A stretch of DNA of 64,000 nt, from NCBI GenBank assembly GCA_001919865.1, contig MNIR01000051.1, forward strand, positions 91,920 to 155,919. Reading direction: 5' to 3'. The notes beneath the pieces were generated by a model. That model worked only from the letters and a program-made list of their open reading frames with translations. It had not been told where the DNA came from and made no database searches. This document shows, one piece after another, positions 38,903 through 47,878 of this stretch; the first letter of the stretch is position 1; the number at the start of each line of letters is the position of its first letter. This DNA is from Gemmatimonadetes bacterium 13_1_20CM_4_69_16. GTDB lineage: Bacteria > Gemmatimonadota > Gemmatimonadetes > Gemmatimonadales > GWC2-71-9. The translations under genes were made by a program, and so were the position numbers.

Positions 38903-40104
38903 GCGCGCAGCGGGTGCTGGCGGTGCTCGCCCTCGCGGAGCTCCTGGCCATGGCGCCGTGGTTCAGCGCCTCCGCCGTAGCCCCGACGCTCTCCCGTCTG
39001 TGGCAGCTCGGGCCCGCTGGCGCGGCTTGGCTCACCATCTCGGTGCAGCTCGGCTTCGTCGTCGGTGCGCTCGTGTCGGCGATGCTCACGCTGAGCGACA
39101 TCTGGTCGGCGCGGCGGCTCGTCCAAGCGTCGGCGGTGGTCGCCGGGCTGGCCACGCTGGGCGTCGCGATCGCTCCGACACGCGTCGTCGGTATCGCACT
39201 CCGCCTGGTCACCGGTGCCGCCCTCGCGGGCGTGTATCCGCCAGGGATGAAGATCGTGGCAGGCTGGTTTCGCGAGGGCCGCGGCTGGGCGATCGGGATC
39301 ATGGTCGGCGCGCTAACGCTTGGCTCGGCGTTGCCTCATCTAGCGCGTTGGCTCGTGCCCGCGGCCCTGTGGCGCCCGGTGCTCGGTGCGGCGGGCCTCG
39401 CTGCGTTCGCGGGGAGTGCGTTGATGGCGGTGGTGCCGCACGACGGTCCCTTCGCGGCATTGGCGCCCAACTTCAGCTGGAACGCCGTACCGCGCATTCT
39501 CCGAGAGCGCGCCGTGACCTTGGCCAACCTCGGGTACTGCGGCCACATGTGGGAGCTGTACGCAATGTGGACGTGGATCGCGGTATTCGTCGCGGAGAGC
39601 GAGCGCGCTCGCACGCACACCGATCCCGCGGCCGGGCTGCCGGCGCTGGTGACCTTTGCAGTCGTGGGGAGTGGGGCGATCGGCTGCTGGCTCGGAGGGA
39701 AGTACGCCGATCGGTTGGGCCGCACGCTCGTCACGAGCGGCGCGATGGCGCTGTCGGGCATCTGTGCGCTCGTGGTCGGGATGCTGTTCGGGCGCCCGCT
39801 CGTCGTGCTGCTGCCGCTGCTGCTCGCGTGGGGTGTGACGGTGGTGGCCGACTCGGCTCAGTTCTCCGCCTCGGTGAGCGAGCTCGCGCCGCGGGAGCTC
39901 GTGGGCACGGCGCTCACGCTGCAGACCAGCCTGGGGTTCCTGCTCACCTGTCTGACGATCTATCTGTTGCCGTGGGTCGCGCAGCGCATCGGGTGGCGCT
40001 GGAGTATGAGCCTGCTCGCCTTGGGGCCGGCGGGCGGGGTGTGGGCAATGCTGGCGTTGCGGCGGCGCCCGGAGGCGACCGCGTTGGCGGGCGGGCGGCG
40101 CTAG
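38899..40104 (+). CDS. MFS transporter
   Basis: 401 aa, about 12 hydrophobic helices. GTGA overlap with the Nif3 gene. Confidence 0.75.
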   Translation: MSAQRVLAVLALAELLAMAPWFSASAVAPTLSRLWQLGPAGAAWLTISVQLGFVVGALVSAMLTLSDIWSARRLVQASAVVAGLATLGVAIAPTRVVGIALRLVTGAALAGVYPPGMKIVAGWFREGRGWAIGIMVGALTLGSALPHLARWLVPAALWRPVLGAAGLAAFAGSALMAVVPHDGPFAALAPNFSWNAVPRILRERAVTLANLGYCGHMWELYAMWTWIAVFVAESERARTHTDPAAGLPALVTFAVVGSGAIGCWLGGKYADRLGRTLVTSGAMALSGICALVVGMLFGRPLVVLLPLLLAWGVTVVADSAQFSASVSELAPRELVGTALTLQTSLGFLLTCLTIYLLPWVAQRIGWRWSMSLLALGPAGGVWAMLALRRRPEATALAGGRR

Positions 40105-41243
40105 GGGACTACGAAGATCCCGACGCCGCTGCCGTAGTCGTCCGGCGCCCGCGTCGTTCCGGCCGGCACAATCCACGCCGTGCCGTCGATCCGTACGTTG
40201 ATGCGGTGCACGCCGCTCACGATCGGTATGACGGCTTCCCACTCGCCGGGGCCCGTGCTGGTGAGCGCGAGTGGCTCCCAATCGGTGAAGTCGCCGGCGA
40301 GCTCGACCCGTGTGGCGTCGGCGACGTGCACCACGATGCGCACCGGCCCGCCGCGCACGGCCAGCACCTGGAGACGGGCCGCGGGCAGGGAGGTGCCGTC
40401 ATCGGCACTGGCGCCGCGAGGCGCAGCGCGGGGGGGGGGGAACGCGACGCGTCGAGGGGTTATCGCGCGAACGCGAACTGCGAGGGTGAGATAGCGACCG
40501 GCCACGCTGCCGCGGATCGGGTCGGTGGGGTAGCGACCGCCCCCGATCATGAGGGCCGTACGGGGGCCGAGGGAAATCGCAGCGCTTGCTTCGCCGTACG
40601 AGCCGCGACCGCCACCGCGGCTCCACAACCGCGCGCCCAAGGTGCCTTCGAGCACGACCGGCCCCGGCTCCGCGCGCGCCGAGGATTGGAGATCGGTGTA
40701 CGTCGTGTCGCCGATGTGAGAATGGTTGACGGATAGCTGCACGGTGAACTGGGCCAGTCGCAGCCACGCGCCGGCGCCGCCGGCTGCCACGGTTCGCGGG
40801 CCGGTCCCGTAGGACGTCGTCCCCGCGGTGCCGCTGATCCAGGCGCCGCGGCCCCCCTCCAGCAGGTGCAGCCGCGCCGCCGCGACGGCGTGCCAGAAGC
40901 TCGCGAAGTCGACGTAGCGGCTGGCGCCCACACCGGCGGCGAGCTCCCCGCGCCAGCGCGTCGCCGCACGGGGTGCGAAGAGCGAGCCCGTCACATCCCC
41001 TTGCAGGCTGCGATGGCCGCTCTCGAACCGAAGGTAGGTGCCGCGAGCGCTGATCCCGACGCCGGGGCGCTCCCATCGTAGGGCGGGCGTGGCCGTGACG
41101 GCCCCGGAGGGAAGAAAGCCGTCATAGCGTACGGTTGAAATGCCGACGTCGAGGGTGCCCGCCGTCTGAGCGGGGGCGCTCGCGACGAGGAGAGACCATC
41201 CCGCCGCGAGTGACGCGGCCCGAGCGTGCGTCCCGGCCGTCAC
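40101..41243 (-). CDS. Secreted protein: beta-strand-rich (outer-membrane-barrel-like) N-terminal region plus C-terminal CBM48 / AMPK-beta glycogen-binding-like domain
   Basis: 380 aa. Signal 'AAGWSLLVASAPAQT'. Alternating Gly/aromatic strands. C-terminal 'VELAGDFTDWEPLAL...GEWEAVIPIVSGVHRINVRIDGTAWIVPAG'. Confidence 0.65.
   Translation of the reverse strand: MTAGTHARAASLAAGWSLLVASAPAQTAGTLDVGISTVRYDGFLPSGAVTATPALRWERPGVGISARGTYLRFESGHRSLQGDVTGSLFAPRAATRWRGELAAGVGASRYVDFASFWHAVAAARLHLLEGGRGAWISGTAGTTSYGTGPRTVAAGGAGAWLRLAQFTVQLSVNHSHIGDTTYTDLQSSARAEPGPVVLEGTLGARLWSRGGGRGSYGEASAAISLGPRTALMIGGGRYPTDPIRGSVAGRYLTLAVRVRAITPRRVAFPPPRAAPRGASADDGTSLPAARLQVLAVRGGPVRIVVHVADATRVELAGDFTDWEPLALTSTGPGEWEAVIPIVSGVHRINVRIDGTAWIVPAGTTRAPDDYGSGVGIFVVP
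40430..40440 (-). repeat. Homopolymeric tract, G11 on + (C11 in the coding strand)
   Basis: 11 consecutive G at 40430-40440. In the minus-strand gene they read TTC CCC CCC CCC CGC (F-P-P-P-R), in the linker before the CBM48 domain. Confidence 0.9.
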
Positions 41244-41255
41244 CGCGGTGCGGTG

Positions 41256-41891
41256 TTAGGGCCGGCTGGGACGGGACTGACGGGCGCCGGCGTCGAGCTG
41301 CAGGCCCTGGGCGCCGTACGCGGCGGACGCGGCGGTCGACACGGCCATCCCGGGCGGCGCGCCGAGCGCGATGTCGCGCTCGACGGCGCGGCGGAACTCG
41401 ACCAAGTCCGCGTCCCGCGTCGTGCTCGCGAGGGCGAGGACGGCGGCGGCGGCGCTGTCCACCGGCACGCCGCTCGCTACAAGATCGGCGAGGACGGCGA
41501 GCGGAACGGTGATGGTCTGGGAACGAGCTCGGCGCAGTTTCGCCAGCACCGCGGGGCCGGCACCCGCCCGGAGGGCCGCGGCCCCAGCCGCGAGCTCGGG
41601 GGGCGTGGTGCCCGGTCCGAGGGCGCTGCGGGCCTCCCCCAGATCGGCCACGAGGCGCTGGACCGCGCCCACGATGACCTCGCCCGGCGCCCCTTTGGTT
41701 GCTCCCTCGAGCGCTCGCTGCACGAGCGGCTCCGTGGGCAGCCCGGCGGCGCGCGCCGAGTCGATGACACTCGCTACCAACGGACGGACACTTGGGTCGA
41801 GTCGGTCGAGCCGTTGGTCTTGTGCGGCGGCCGCCGTCGCGATGAGTGTCGCGCCGAGCAGGCTCGTGGACGTGGTGCGGAGCAGGTGCAT
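41256..41891 (-). CDS. Hypothetical secreted Ala-rich (helical) protein
   Basis: 211 aa. Signal 'LLGATLIATAAAAQDQ'. Sits between the two CBM48-domain genes on the same strand with 2-12 nt gaps. Confidence 0.55.
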   Translation of the reverse strand: MHLLRTTSTSLLGATLIATAAAAQDQRLDRLDPSVRPLVASVIDSARAAGLPTEPLVQRALEGATKGAPGEVIVGAVQRLVADLGEARSALGPGTTPPELAAGAAALRAGAGPAVLAKLRRARSQTITVPLAVLADLVASGVPVDSAAAAVLALASTTRDADLVEFRRAVERDIALGAPPGMAVSTAASAAYGAQGLQLDAGARQSRPSRP

Positions 41892-41893
41892 CG

Positions 41894-42328
41894 TTACGAA
41901 CCGCCCACTGTGACGACGGAGCTCGGCGTTCCGAACTCGTCATCGCGCGCGGCGGGTGCCGCGGGATCCGCCAGCCAACGGGAGCCGTCCACGAGGAAAG
42001 CGTAGCGATAGCGCCCCGGGGACAGTGGCACGACCGCGGTCCACACGGGGCCACCGCGTTGGGAAGGTCGCATCGGGGTGCGTGCGGCGTCCCAGTCGTT
42101 GAAGTCGCCGACCAGCGCCACCCGCGCGGCGCGTGGAGCGACGACGACGAACTGAAACGCGCGCGTCGCGGTCTCGGCGGGCGGCGCTTCGTGCGGCCCG
42201 CTCACACGTGGCGTCGGGCCGCCCGCGATCTCCTCCATCACGCGGCTGTCGACCGCCGGATCAATCTGCACCGGCCGGCGTAGGTGAGCGACGATGCGCT
42301 CGATCACGTTTTCGGAATGCTCAAACAC
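41894..42328 (-). CDS. CBM48 / glycogen-binding-like (E-set) domain protein, in the gene position usually held by an anti-sigma factor
   Basis: 144 aa. 'VALVGDFNDWDAARTPM...GPVWTAVVPLSPGRYRYAFLVDGSRWLADP'. Overlaps the sigma gene stop by 8 nt. No TM segment. Confidence 0.65.
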   Translation of the reverse strand: MFEHSENVIERIVAHLRRPVQIDPAVDSRVMEEIAGGPTPRVSGPHEAPPAETATRAFQFVVVAPRAARVALVGDFNDWDAARTPMRPSQRGGPVWTAVVPLSPGRYRYAFLVDGSRWLADPAAPAARDDEFGTPSSVVTVGGS

Positions 42329-42890
42329 GCTCCGCCTCCCGGAAAATGAGCTGCAGCTGCTCGCGGGCGCGCTTGACTCGCATCTTCAACGCCGAGATGC
42401 CCGCCCCCGTCAGCCGCGCCATTTCGTCGTACTCGAGGTCCTCGATGTGCTTGAGGAGGAACGCCTCGCGGTATTCCGGCGCGAGTCGGGCGAGCGCCCG
42501 GCGGACGGTGTCGTCCCACTCCGCGCGCTCGGCCGGGCTGGGGAGCGGAGCGCGGGTGAGGGCCGCGTCGTCCCGCACGAACAGCCGCCCGCGCCGCGCC
42601 GCACGCGCGCCGGCGGTCCGGCACCGGTTGACCAGGATACCGTACAGCCACGCGCCGAACCGCTCCGGATCGTCGCAGCGGGCGAGCGAGCGATACCCGC
42701 GAACGAAGGCGTCCTGCAATGCCTCCTCCGCGTCTTCGCGATCTCCGAGCATGTGCACGGCGTAGCGGCCCAGACGGTCGCGGTAGCGTGCGACGAGCGC
42801 AGTGTACGCACCGGTGTCGCCGGCGCGGACCCGGCGCACCAGCTCTCCGTCGCTCGCCCCCACGTGGTGTATACCCAGCGACTGAGCCAT
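42321..42890 (-). CDS. ECF-type RNA polymerase sigma-70 family factor
   Basis: Last 189 codons of track ORF 42321..44600, from the ATG at 42890. Region 2 'ALVARYRDRLGRYAVHMLGDREDAEEALQDAFVRGY', region 4 'EYREAFLLKHIEDLEYDEMARLTGAGISALKMRVKRAR'. Confidence 0.88.
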   Translation of the reverse strand: MAQSLGIHHVGASDGELVRRVRAGDTGAYTALVARYRDRLGRYAVHMLGDREDAEEALQDAFVRGYRSLARCDDPERFGAWLYGILVNRCRTAGARAARRGRLFVRDDAALTRAPLPSPAERAEWDDTVRRALARLAPEYREAFLLKHIEDLEYDEMARLTGAGISALKMRVKRAREQLQLIFREAERV

Positions 42891-42977
42891 GACGTCACAG
42901 TACCCCGATCCTGTGACGCCGGCCAGCGGAGCCGGGGTATTTGGGGCAGAGCCGCCCACGATCGCCCGAGGAGCCAG

Positions 42978-44393
42978 ATGTCGAAACGCCTGATCCCACC
43001 CGCCTTGGCGGCGGCCCTGCTGGCCGGCGGGGCCTGCTACCAGGACGATACAGTTCCATCTGCGCCGCAGAGCGTAAAGTCGCTCACCAGAGTGCTGCTT
43101 ACCGACGCGCCCTTCCCGTACGACTCGGTGGCGAGCGTGACCCTGCACGTGGTGCGGATCGAGGCGAACACGCTGGCCGACACGACTGGGAGCGGCGCTT
43201 GGGCCCTCATCGCCGAGCCGAGGAAGAGCTTCGATGTGCTGGCGCTGCAACAGGGCGCGACCGCGCTGGTGGGGCAGGGGGCGCTGTCGGCGGGCGCGTA
43301 CCACGCCATCCGGATGACGATCGACACGAGCCGGTCCTCGGTCGTCTGGAAGAACGGGAGCCAGGCTCGCGTGAACTGGCAGAACTGGTCGGGCTCGGAC
43401 GAGGAGCCCCTGTACGCCCTGGTCGAGTATCCGGTCAATGTTTCCACCCAGGGCGCGGAGATCATCATCGATTTCGACGTCGGTCGCAGTTTCCTGTACA
43501 ACTTTTACGGCGCCAAAGAGTTCATCCTGATGCCGCAGATCCGCGCGATCAACTCCGCGGCCACGGGGACGATCGCGGGCAGTGTGACGAGCGACTACAC
43601 GGGCGCGACGCGTCCCATCGCGAACGCCAACGTCACGCTGTGCGGCGGCGCTGCGTGCGAGCCACCGAACGCGTACATCGTGGCGACGAGCCGGAGTGAT
43701 TCGGCGGGGCGCTACGCGGTCGCGTTCGTGCGCGCCGGCTCCTACACCGTCCGGGTCGAGCAGCCCGACTATCCATTCCTCAATCCCGTGATCGTGGCCA
43801 ATGTGACCGTCAGCGCGGGCGACACGACGCGGCTCGCGGTGTCGCTCCCCAAAGCGGGATCGGGCGGCGGCGCGTACGTGCGTATCTCTGGACCTACGTC
43901 GGTCGGCGTCGGCGGCACGATCAGCCTCAAGGCTGCCGTGGGCGATGCGGGCGGCAACCCGGTCGTAAATCCCGCGGTGTCGTGGGCGAGCAGCAACAGC
44001 GCCATCGCGCAGGTGACGGGGGTGGGCGACACGGCGTCCGTGATAGGTCGCGCGGCCGGTTACGCCACGATCACCGCGGCGAGCGGCCAGCTGTCCGATA
44101 CACTCGGGGTCCAGGTATTGGGCTCGGCGGCGCCGGTGGCGTCCGTCACCGTCGTGCCCGCGAGCGCCAGCCTCGCGGTCGGGGACAGCGTCGGCTTCCG
44201 CGCGGAGCTTCGCGACGCGGCGGGCGCCTTGCTCACTGATCGCGCGGTGTCGTGGTTCTCCAGCGACAGCACAGTGATCAGCGTTTATCCCTACGGCCCG
44301 CAGGCGCTCGTGCGGCCGCGGGCCGCCGGAGGCGCCTTGCTGCGCGCCACGAGCGAGGGCAAGACGGGCCAGGCGACGATCACGGTGCACTGA
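42978..44393 (+). CDS. Lipoprotein with DUF4382-like, carboxypeptidase-regulatory-like and two Big_2 (bacterial Ig-like) domains
   Basis: ATG at 42978, with GAGGAG 5-10 nt upstream, inside track ORF 42294..44393. Lipobox 'LLAGGAC'. 'YHAIRMTID' (DUF4382-like), 'GSVTS...ANVTL' (CarboxypepD_reg-like), and twice 'V..SSNSAIAQV / SSDSTVISV' (Big_2). Confidence 0.7.
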   Translation: MSKRLIPPALAAALLAGGACYQDDTVPSAPQSVKSLTRVLLTDAPFPYDSVASVTLHVVRIEANTLADTTGSGAWALIAEPRKSFDVLALQQGATALVGQGALSAGAYHAIRMTIDTSRSSVVWKNGSQARVNWQNWSGSDEEPLYALVEYPVNVSTQGAEIIIDFDVGRSFLYNFYGAKEFILMPQIRAINSAATGTIAGSVTSDYTGATRPIANANVTLCGGAACEPPNAYIVATSRSDSAGRYAVAFVRAGSYTVRVEQPDYPFLNPVIVANVTVSAGDTTRLAVSLPKAGSGGGAYVRISGPTSVGVGGTISLKAAVGDAGGNPVVNPAVSWASSNSAIAQVTGVGDTASVIGRAAGYATITAASGQLSDTLGVQVLGSAAPVASVTVVPASASLAVGDSVGFRAELRDAAGALLTDRAVSWFSSDSTVISVYPYGPQALVRPRAAGGALLRATSEGKTGQATITVH

Positions 44394-44462
44394 CCCTCGG
44401 AACGGGCGAGCGGGGCGAGCGCGGTGGCATTGCCGCGCTCGCCACCTTAGCTTTCGCGGCCC

Positions 44463-45446
44463 GTGACAGCACCGCACCACCGCCCCGGCGGCGGATTTCG
44501 CAACCCGTGGGCCAACGCGGGCGCGCCGGCGTTCGGCAGCTTCCTCAAGTGGGTCCTGGTGCAGCGCGCGACGCAGCGGCGGCCGGCGGATCCCCCGCAT
44601 TCAACATTTCTCAGGCTCGACCCGAAGCTCGCGATGCCCCGCGCCCCGCGGGATGCGCTGCTCGTGACCTGGGTCGGACACTCGAGTTTCTTGATCCAGG
44701 TAGGCGGGCTCAACGTCCTCACCGATCCGATGTGGAGCAGCCGCGCGTCTCCCGTCCGGTTCGCGGGCCCGAGGCGCTGGGTCGAGCCCGGAATCGAGTT
44801 CGCTGCGCTGCCTCCGGTGGACCTCGTGCTGTTGTCGCACAACCACTACGACCACCTGGACGATCACACGGTGCGCCGGCTCGCCGCGCGGCACCCGCGC
44901 GCCACGTGGCTCGTGCCGCTCGGCTTGGCGCGCTTCGTCCGGGCGCGCGGCGCGCGGGACGTGCGGGAGCACGATTGGTGGCAGGAGACCACCGTCCAAT
45001 CGGCGCTCATCGGCTGCACGCCGGCGCAGCACTTCAGCTCGCGCGGCATCCGCGACCGTGGAGACACACTGTGGTGCGGCTGGTCGGTGCGGACCGATGT
45101 GCACCGCGTGTTCTTCGCAGGCGACAGCGGCTACCACCCCGAGTTCGGGCGCATCGCCGAGCGCTACGGGCCCTTCGACGTGGCGCTGCTGCCGATCGGC
45201 GGCTACGAGCCCCGCTGGTTCATGCAGCCGGTGCACATGAATCCCGAGGAAGCGGTGCGCGCGTTCCGCGACCTCGGGGGCGGAGCCCATGGGTCGGTGA
45301 TGATTCCCATGCACTGGGGAACGTTCAAGCTCACCGACGAAGCGATGGACGAGCCCCCGGTCCGGGCCCGCGCCGCCTGGGAAGCGGCGGGGCTCGAGCC
45401 CGAGCGGTTCTGGGTGTTGGCGCACGGGGAGACGCGCGCGCTGTGA
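44463..45446 (+). CDS. MBL-fold metallo-hydrolase (NAPE-PLD-like)
   Basis: 327 aa. 'VTWVGHSSFLIQ' and 'LLSHNHYDHLD' (HxHxDH motif). Confidence 0.82.
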   Translation: MTAPHHRPGGGFRNPWANAGAPAFGSFLKWVLVQRATQRRPADPPHSTFLRLDPKLAMPRAPRDALLVTWVGHSSFLIQVGGLNVLTDPMWSSRASPVRFAGPRRWVEPGIEFAALPPVDLVLLSHNHYDHLDDHTVRRLAARHPRATWLVPLGLARFVRARGARDVREHDWWQETTVQSALIGCTPAQHFSSRGIRDRGDTLWCGWSVRTDVHRVFFAGDSGYHPEFGRIAERYGPFDVALLPIGGYEPRWFMQPVHMNPEEAVRAFRDLGGGAHGSVMIPMHWGTFKLTDEAMDEPPVRARAAWEAAGLEPERFWVLAHGETRAL

Positions 45447-45521
45447 GGGCGTGGGGACTCGCTGCGCGCGCCGCCGGCCCGTAGTTTCCGCCGTCCTGAC
45501 GTCTCTTCTCCGGAGGCTTTC

Positions 45522-46994
45522 GTGCGTCGTCACACGGCGGTGGGTCTCTGCCTGCTGCTTTTCGCGGGCTGCGTGCGGCATCCCCCGCCTTCACTCATCG
45601 GTCCATCGTCCCAGCCTGTCTTTCTTCCCCCGCAGTTGTTCCGCGAGACCGTCCCCAAGGGCGACGCGGAGTGGCGGGCCGTGGGGCAGGAGGCGGCGAC
45701 GCTGCTGTCGCAGTACATCGCCATCAACACGACGAACCCCCCCGGAAACGAGATCAACGCGGCGCGCTGGCTCAAGACAGTGCTCGCGCGGGAAGGGATC
45801 GAGGCGCAGCTGTTCGAGCCCAGGCCCGGCAAGGCAAACCTGTACGCCCGGGTGAGAGGGGACGGGACCGCGCGGCCGCTGATCTTTCTCAACCACATGG
45901 ACGTGGTGCTCGCCAGTCCCGAGTACTGGAAGGTCGACCCGTTCGGCGGTGTGGTGAAAGACGGCTACGTCTGGGGGCGCGGCGCGCTCGACATGAAGGG
46001 TGAGGCGATCGCCCAGCTGATGACGCTGATCATCCTGAAGCGCGCCGCGGTGCCGCTCAAGCGCGACATCATCTTCCTCGCGACATCGGACGAGGAGATC
46101 GGCGCGGGCGTGGGGGCGGGGTGGTTTGTGGAGACGCACGCCGACCTGATCCGGGACGCCGAGTTCCTGATCACCGAAGGCGGCACGATCCGCGCCGACG
46201 CGCGCGGGCGGATCGAGTACTATGGAATCGGTACCACCGAGAAGTCACCGTTCTGGCTCGACGTGACGGCGAGGGGGACGTCGGGGCACGGCTCGCGTCC
46301 CACACCGGACAACCCGGTCCACCGGCTGACGCGCGCCCTGTACCGAATTGCCAACTGGCAGACGCCCCTCGCGGTGACGCCGACGGTGGAGCGCTACTTC
46401 CGTGACCTGTCGACGATCGAATCCGACGCCACCCGCCGGGCTTGGCTCGCGGATGTGCGCGCGGCACTGCGCGATTCGGGCGCGATCCGTGGGCTCACGG
46501 CGGACCTCACTTACAATGCGCTGCTGCGCAATACCATCTCGATCACGGGCCTGAAGGGGAGCGACAAGACGAATGTCATCCCTCCGGTCGCGTCGGCGGC
46601 GCTCGACGTTCGGCTCCTGCCAGGGCAGGAGCCGGCGGCGTTCCTCACCGAGCTGGTGCGGGTGGTGAACGACAGCGCCGTCACCATCACACCCCAAGGG
46701 CCGAGCTGGCCGGCGACCGAGAGCTCGACCGAGACGGAGCTGTTTCGGGCGATCGCGTCCGCGGCGCACGCGCGCGATCCCGGCGCGCTCGTCACGACGC
46801 CGCCGCTCACCGGTTTCACGGACAGCCACTATTTCCGTCGTCTCGGGATCGTGAGCTACGGCCTATCGCCGTTCCCTCTCAACCAGGCCGAGTCGCGTGG
46901 CGTGCACGGCAACGACGAGCGAGTGAGCCTCGACGACCTGACCTTCGGTGTCCATTTCATGTACGACGCCGTGTCACACGTCGTGGCGAGGTGA
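45522..46994 (+). CDS. M20 family metallopeptidase (ArgE/DapE/CPG2-like), secreted or lipoprotein
   Basis: 490 aa. 'LLLFAGC' lipobox-like, 'FLNHMDVV', 'GRGALDMKG', 'SDEEIG'. Confidence 0.82.
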   Translation: MRRHTAVGLCLLLFAGCVRHPPPSLIGPSSQPVFLPPQLFRETVPKGDAEWRAVGQEAATLLSQYIAINTTNPPGNEINAARWLKTVLAREGIEAQLFEPRPGKANLYARVRGDGTARPLIFLNHMDVVLASPEYWKVDPFGGVVKDGYVWGRGALDMKGEAIAQLMTLIILKRAAVPLKRDIIFLATSDEEIGAGVGAGWFVETHADLIRDAEFLITEGGTIRADARGRIEYYGIGTTEKSPFWLDVTARGTSGHGSRPTPDNPVHRLTRALYRIANWQTPLAVTPTVERYFRDLSTIESDATRRAWLADVRAALRDSGAIRGLTADLTYNALLRNTISITGLKGSDKTNVIPPVASAALDVRLLPGQEPAAFLTELVRVVNDSAVTITPQGPSWPATESSTETELFRAIASAAHARDPGALVTTPPLTGFTDSHYFRRLGIVSYGLSPFPLNQAESRGVHGNDERVSLDDLTFGVHFMYDAVSHVVAR

Positions 46995-47875
46995 TCGGGC
47001 CCCTCTTCCATCCCCGGCGTTACCCGCCCAGCCGCGACAGGCGCGCGCCTACCTTCGAGCGCGCGGTAAAAGTGCCGATCGGCTGGGTGGTGGAGCACCT
47101 GTGCGCGCCGCTGGCGCGTTGGAATGGGCGGTTGCTCCTGACGCCCGAGATCGGCGTCCCGATCGCCGGCCTGCTGCCGGAGCTGGACGGCTACCGCATC
47201 GCGCTCGCCACGGATCTCCACCGCGGCCCGGTGGTGCCGGCCTCCTGGCTGGCGCGTGTGGCGGACCGCATCAGCGAGCTCGTGCCTGACCTCGTCGCGC
47301 TCGGTGGGGATTTCGTGAGCCACGTGAAGCGTGACCTCGACGGACTCGAGTCCGTGCTGTCTCGGTTCCGCGCGCGCGACGGTGTGGTGGCTGTGCTCGG
47401 CAATCACGACCACTGGGTGGGGCCGGACGCGGTCAGTGCCGTGCTCGAGCGCGCCAGCGTTACGTTACTCACCAACCGCCACGTCCTCGTGCGGCGCGGC
47501 GCGGCTACCCTGGCCGTCGCCGGAGTGGATGACTTCACCCACGGCGCGATCCGTCCCGACGAGGCGCTCGCCGGTGTCGCGCCCGAGACCCCCCGCGTCC
47601 TGCTCTCTCATAATCCCGATCTCATCGAGTACCTCCCCGCCGGCCTGCGGGTGGACGTGATGCTGTCGGGGCACACGCACAACGGTCAGCTCCACCTGCC
47701 GTTGCTGGGCCCGCTCCTGGTGCCGTCGCAGTTCGGGGGGCGCTACATGCACGGCCTCAAGCGGGTCGGCGAGACGTGGCTGTACGTGTCGGCGGGGGTG
47801 GGGACCGCCGCCATCCCGATGAGATGGGGAAATCCACCCGAGTTACCAGTGATCAGGTTGGAGCGAACAGGATAA
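46991..47875 (+). CDS. Metallophosphoesterase
   Basis: GTG at 46991 (GTGA overlap) within track ORF 46442..47875. 'ATDLHRGP', 'LGGDFVSH', 'GNHDHW', 'SGHTHNGQ'. Confidence 0.85.
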   Translation: MIGPLFHPRRYPPSRDRRAPTFERAVKVPIGWVVEHLCAPLARWNGRLLLTPEIGVPIAGLLPELDGYRIALATDLHRGPVVPASWLARVADRISELVPDLVALGGDFVSHVKRDLDGLESVLSRFRARDGVVAVLGNHDHWVGPDAVSAVLERASVTLLTNRHVLVRRGAATLAVAGVDDFTHGAIRPDEALAGVAPETPRVLLSHNPDLIEYLPAGLRVDVMLSGHTHNGQLHLPLLGPLLVPSQFGGRYMHGLKRVGETWLYVSAGVGTAAIPMRWGNPPELPVIRLERTG

Positions 47876-47878
47876 GCC

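Noticed and set aside
42891-42977. ECF-type autoregulatory promoter (GAAC-N16-17-CGTC) upstream of the sigma gene
   Set aside because: A CGTC is present (within CGTCACAG), but there is no AAC-containing -35 element at the right spacing. Left uncalled.
42321-44600. 759-aa ORF on the minus strand
   Set aside because: Only the C-terminal 189 aa (the ECF sigma factor, from the ATG at 42890) show real motifs. The rest is antisense to the DUF4382/Big_2 lipoprotein and MBL-hydrolase genes and has Arg/Gly/Ala-rich junk composition.
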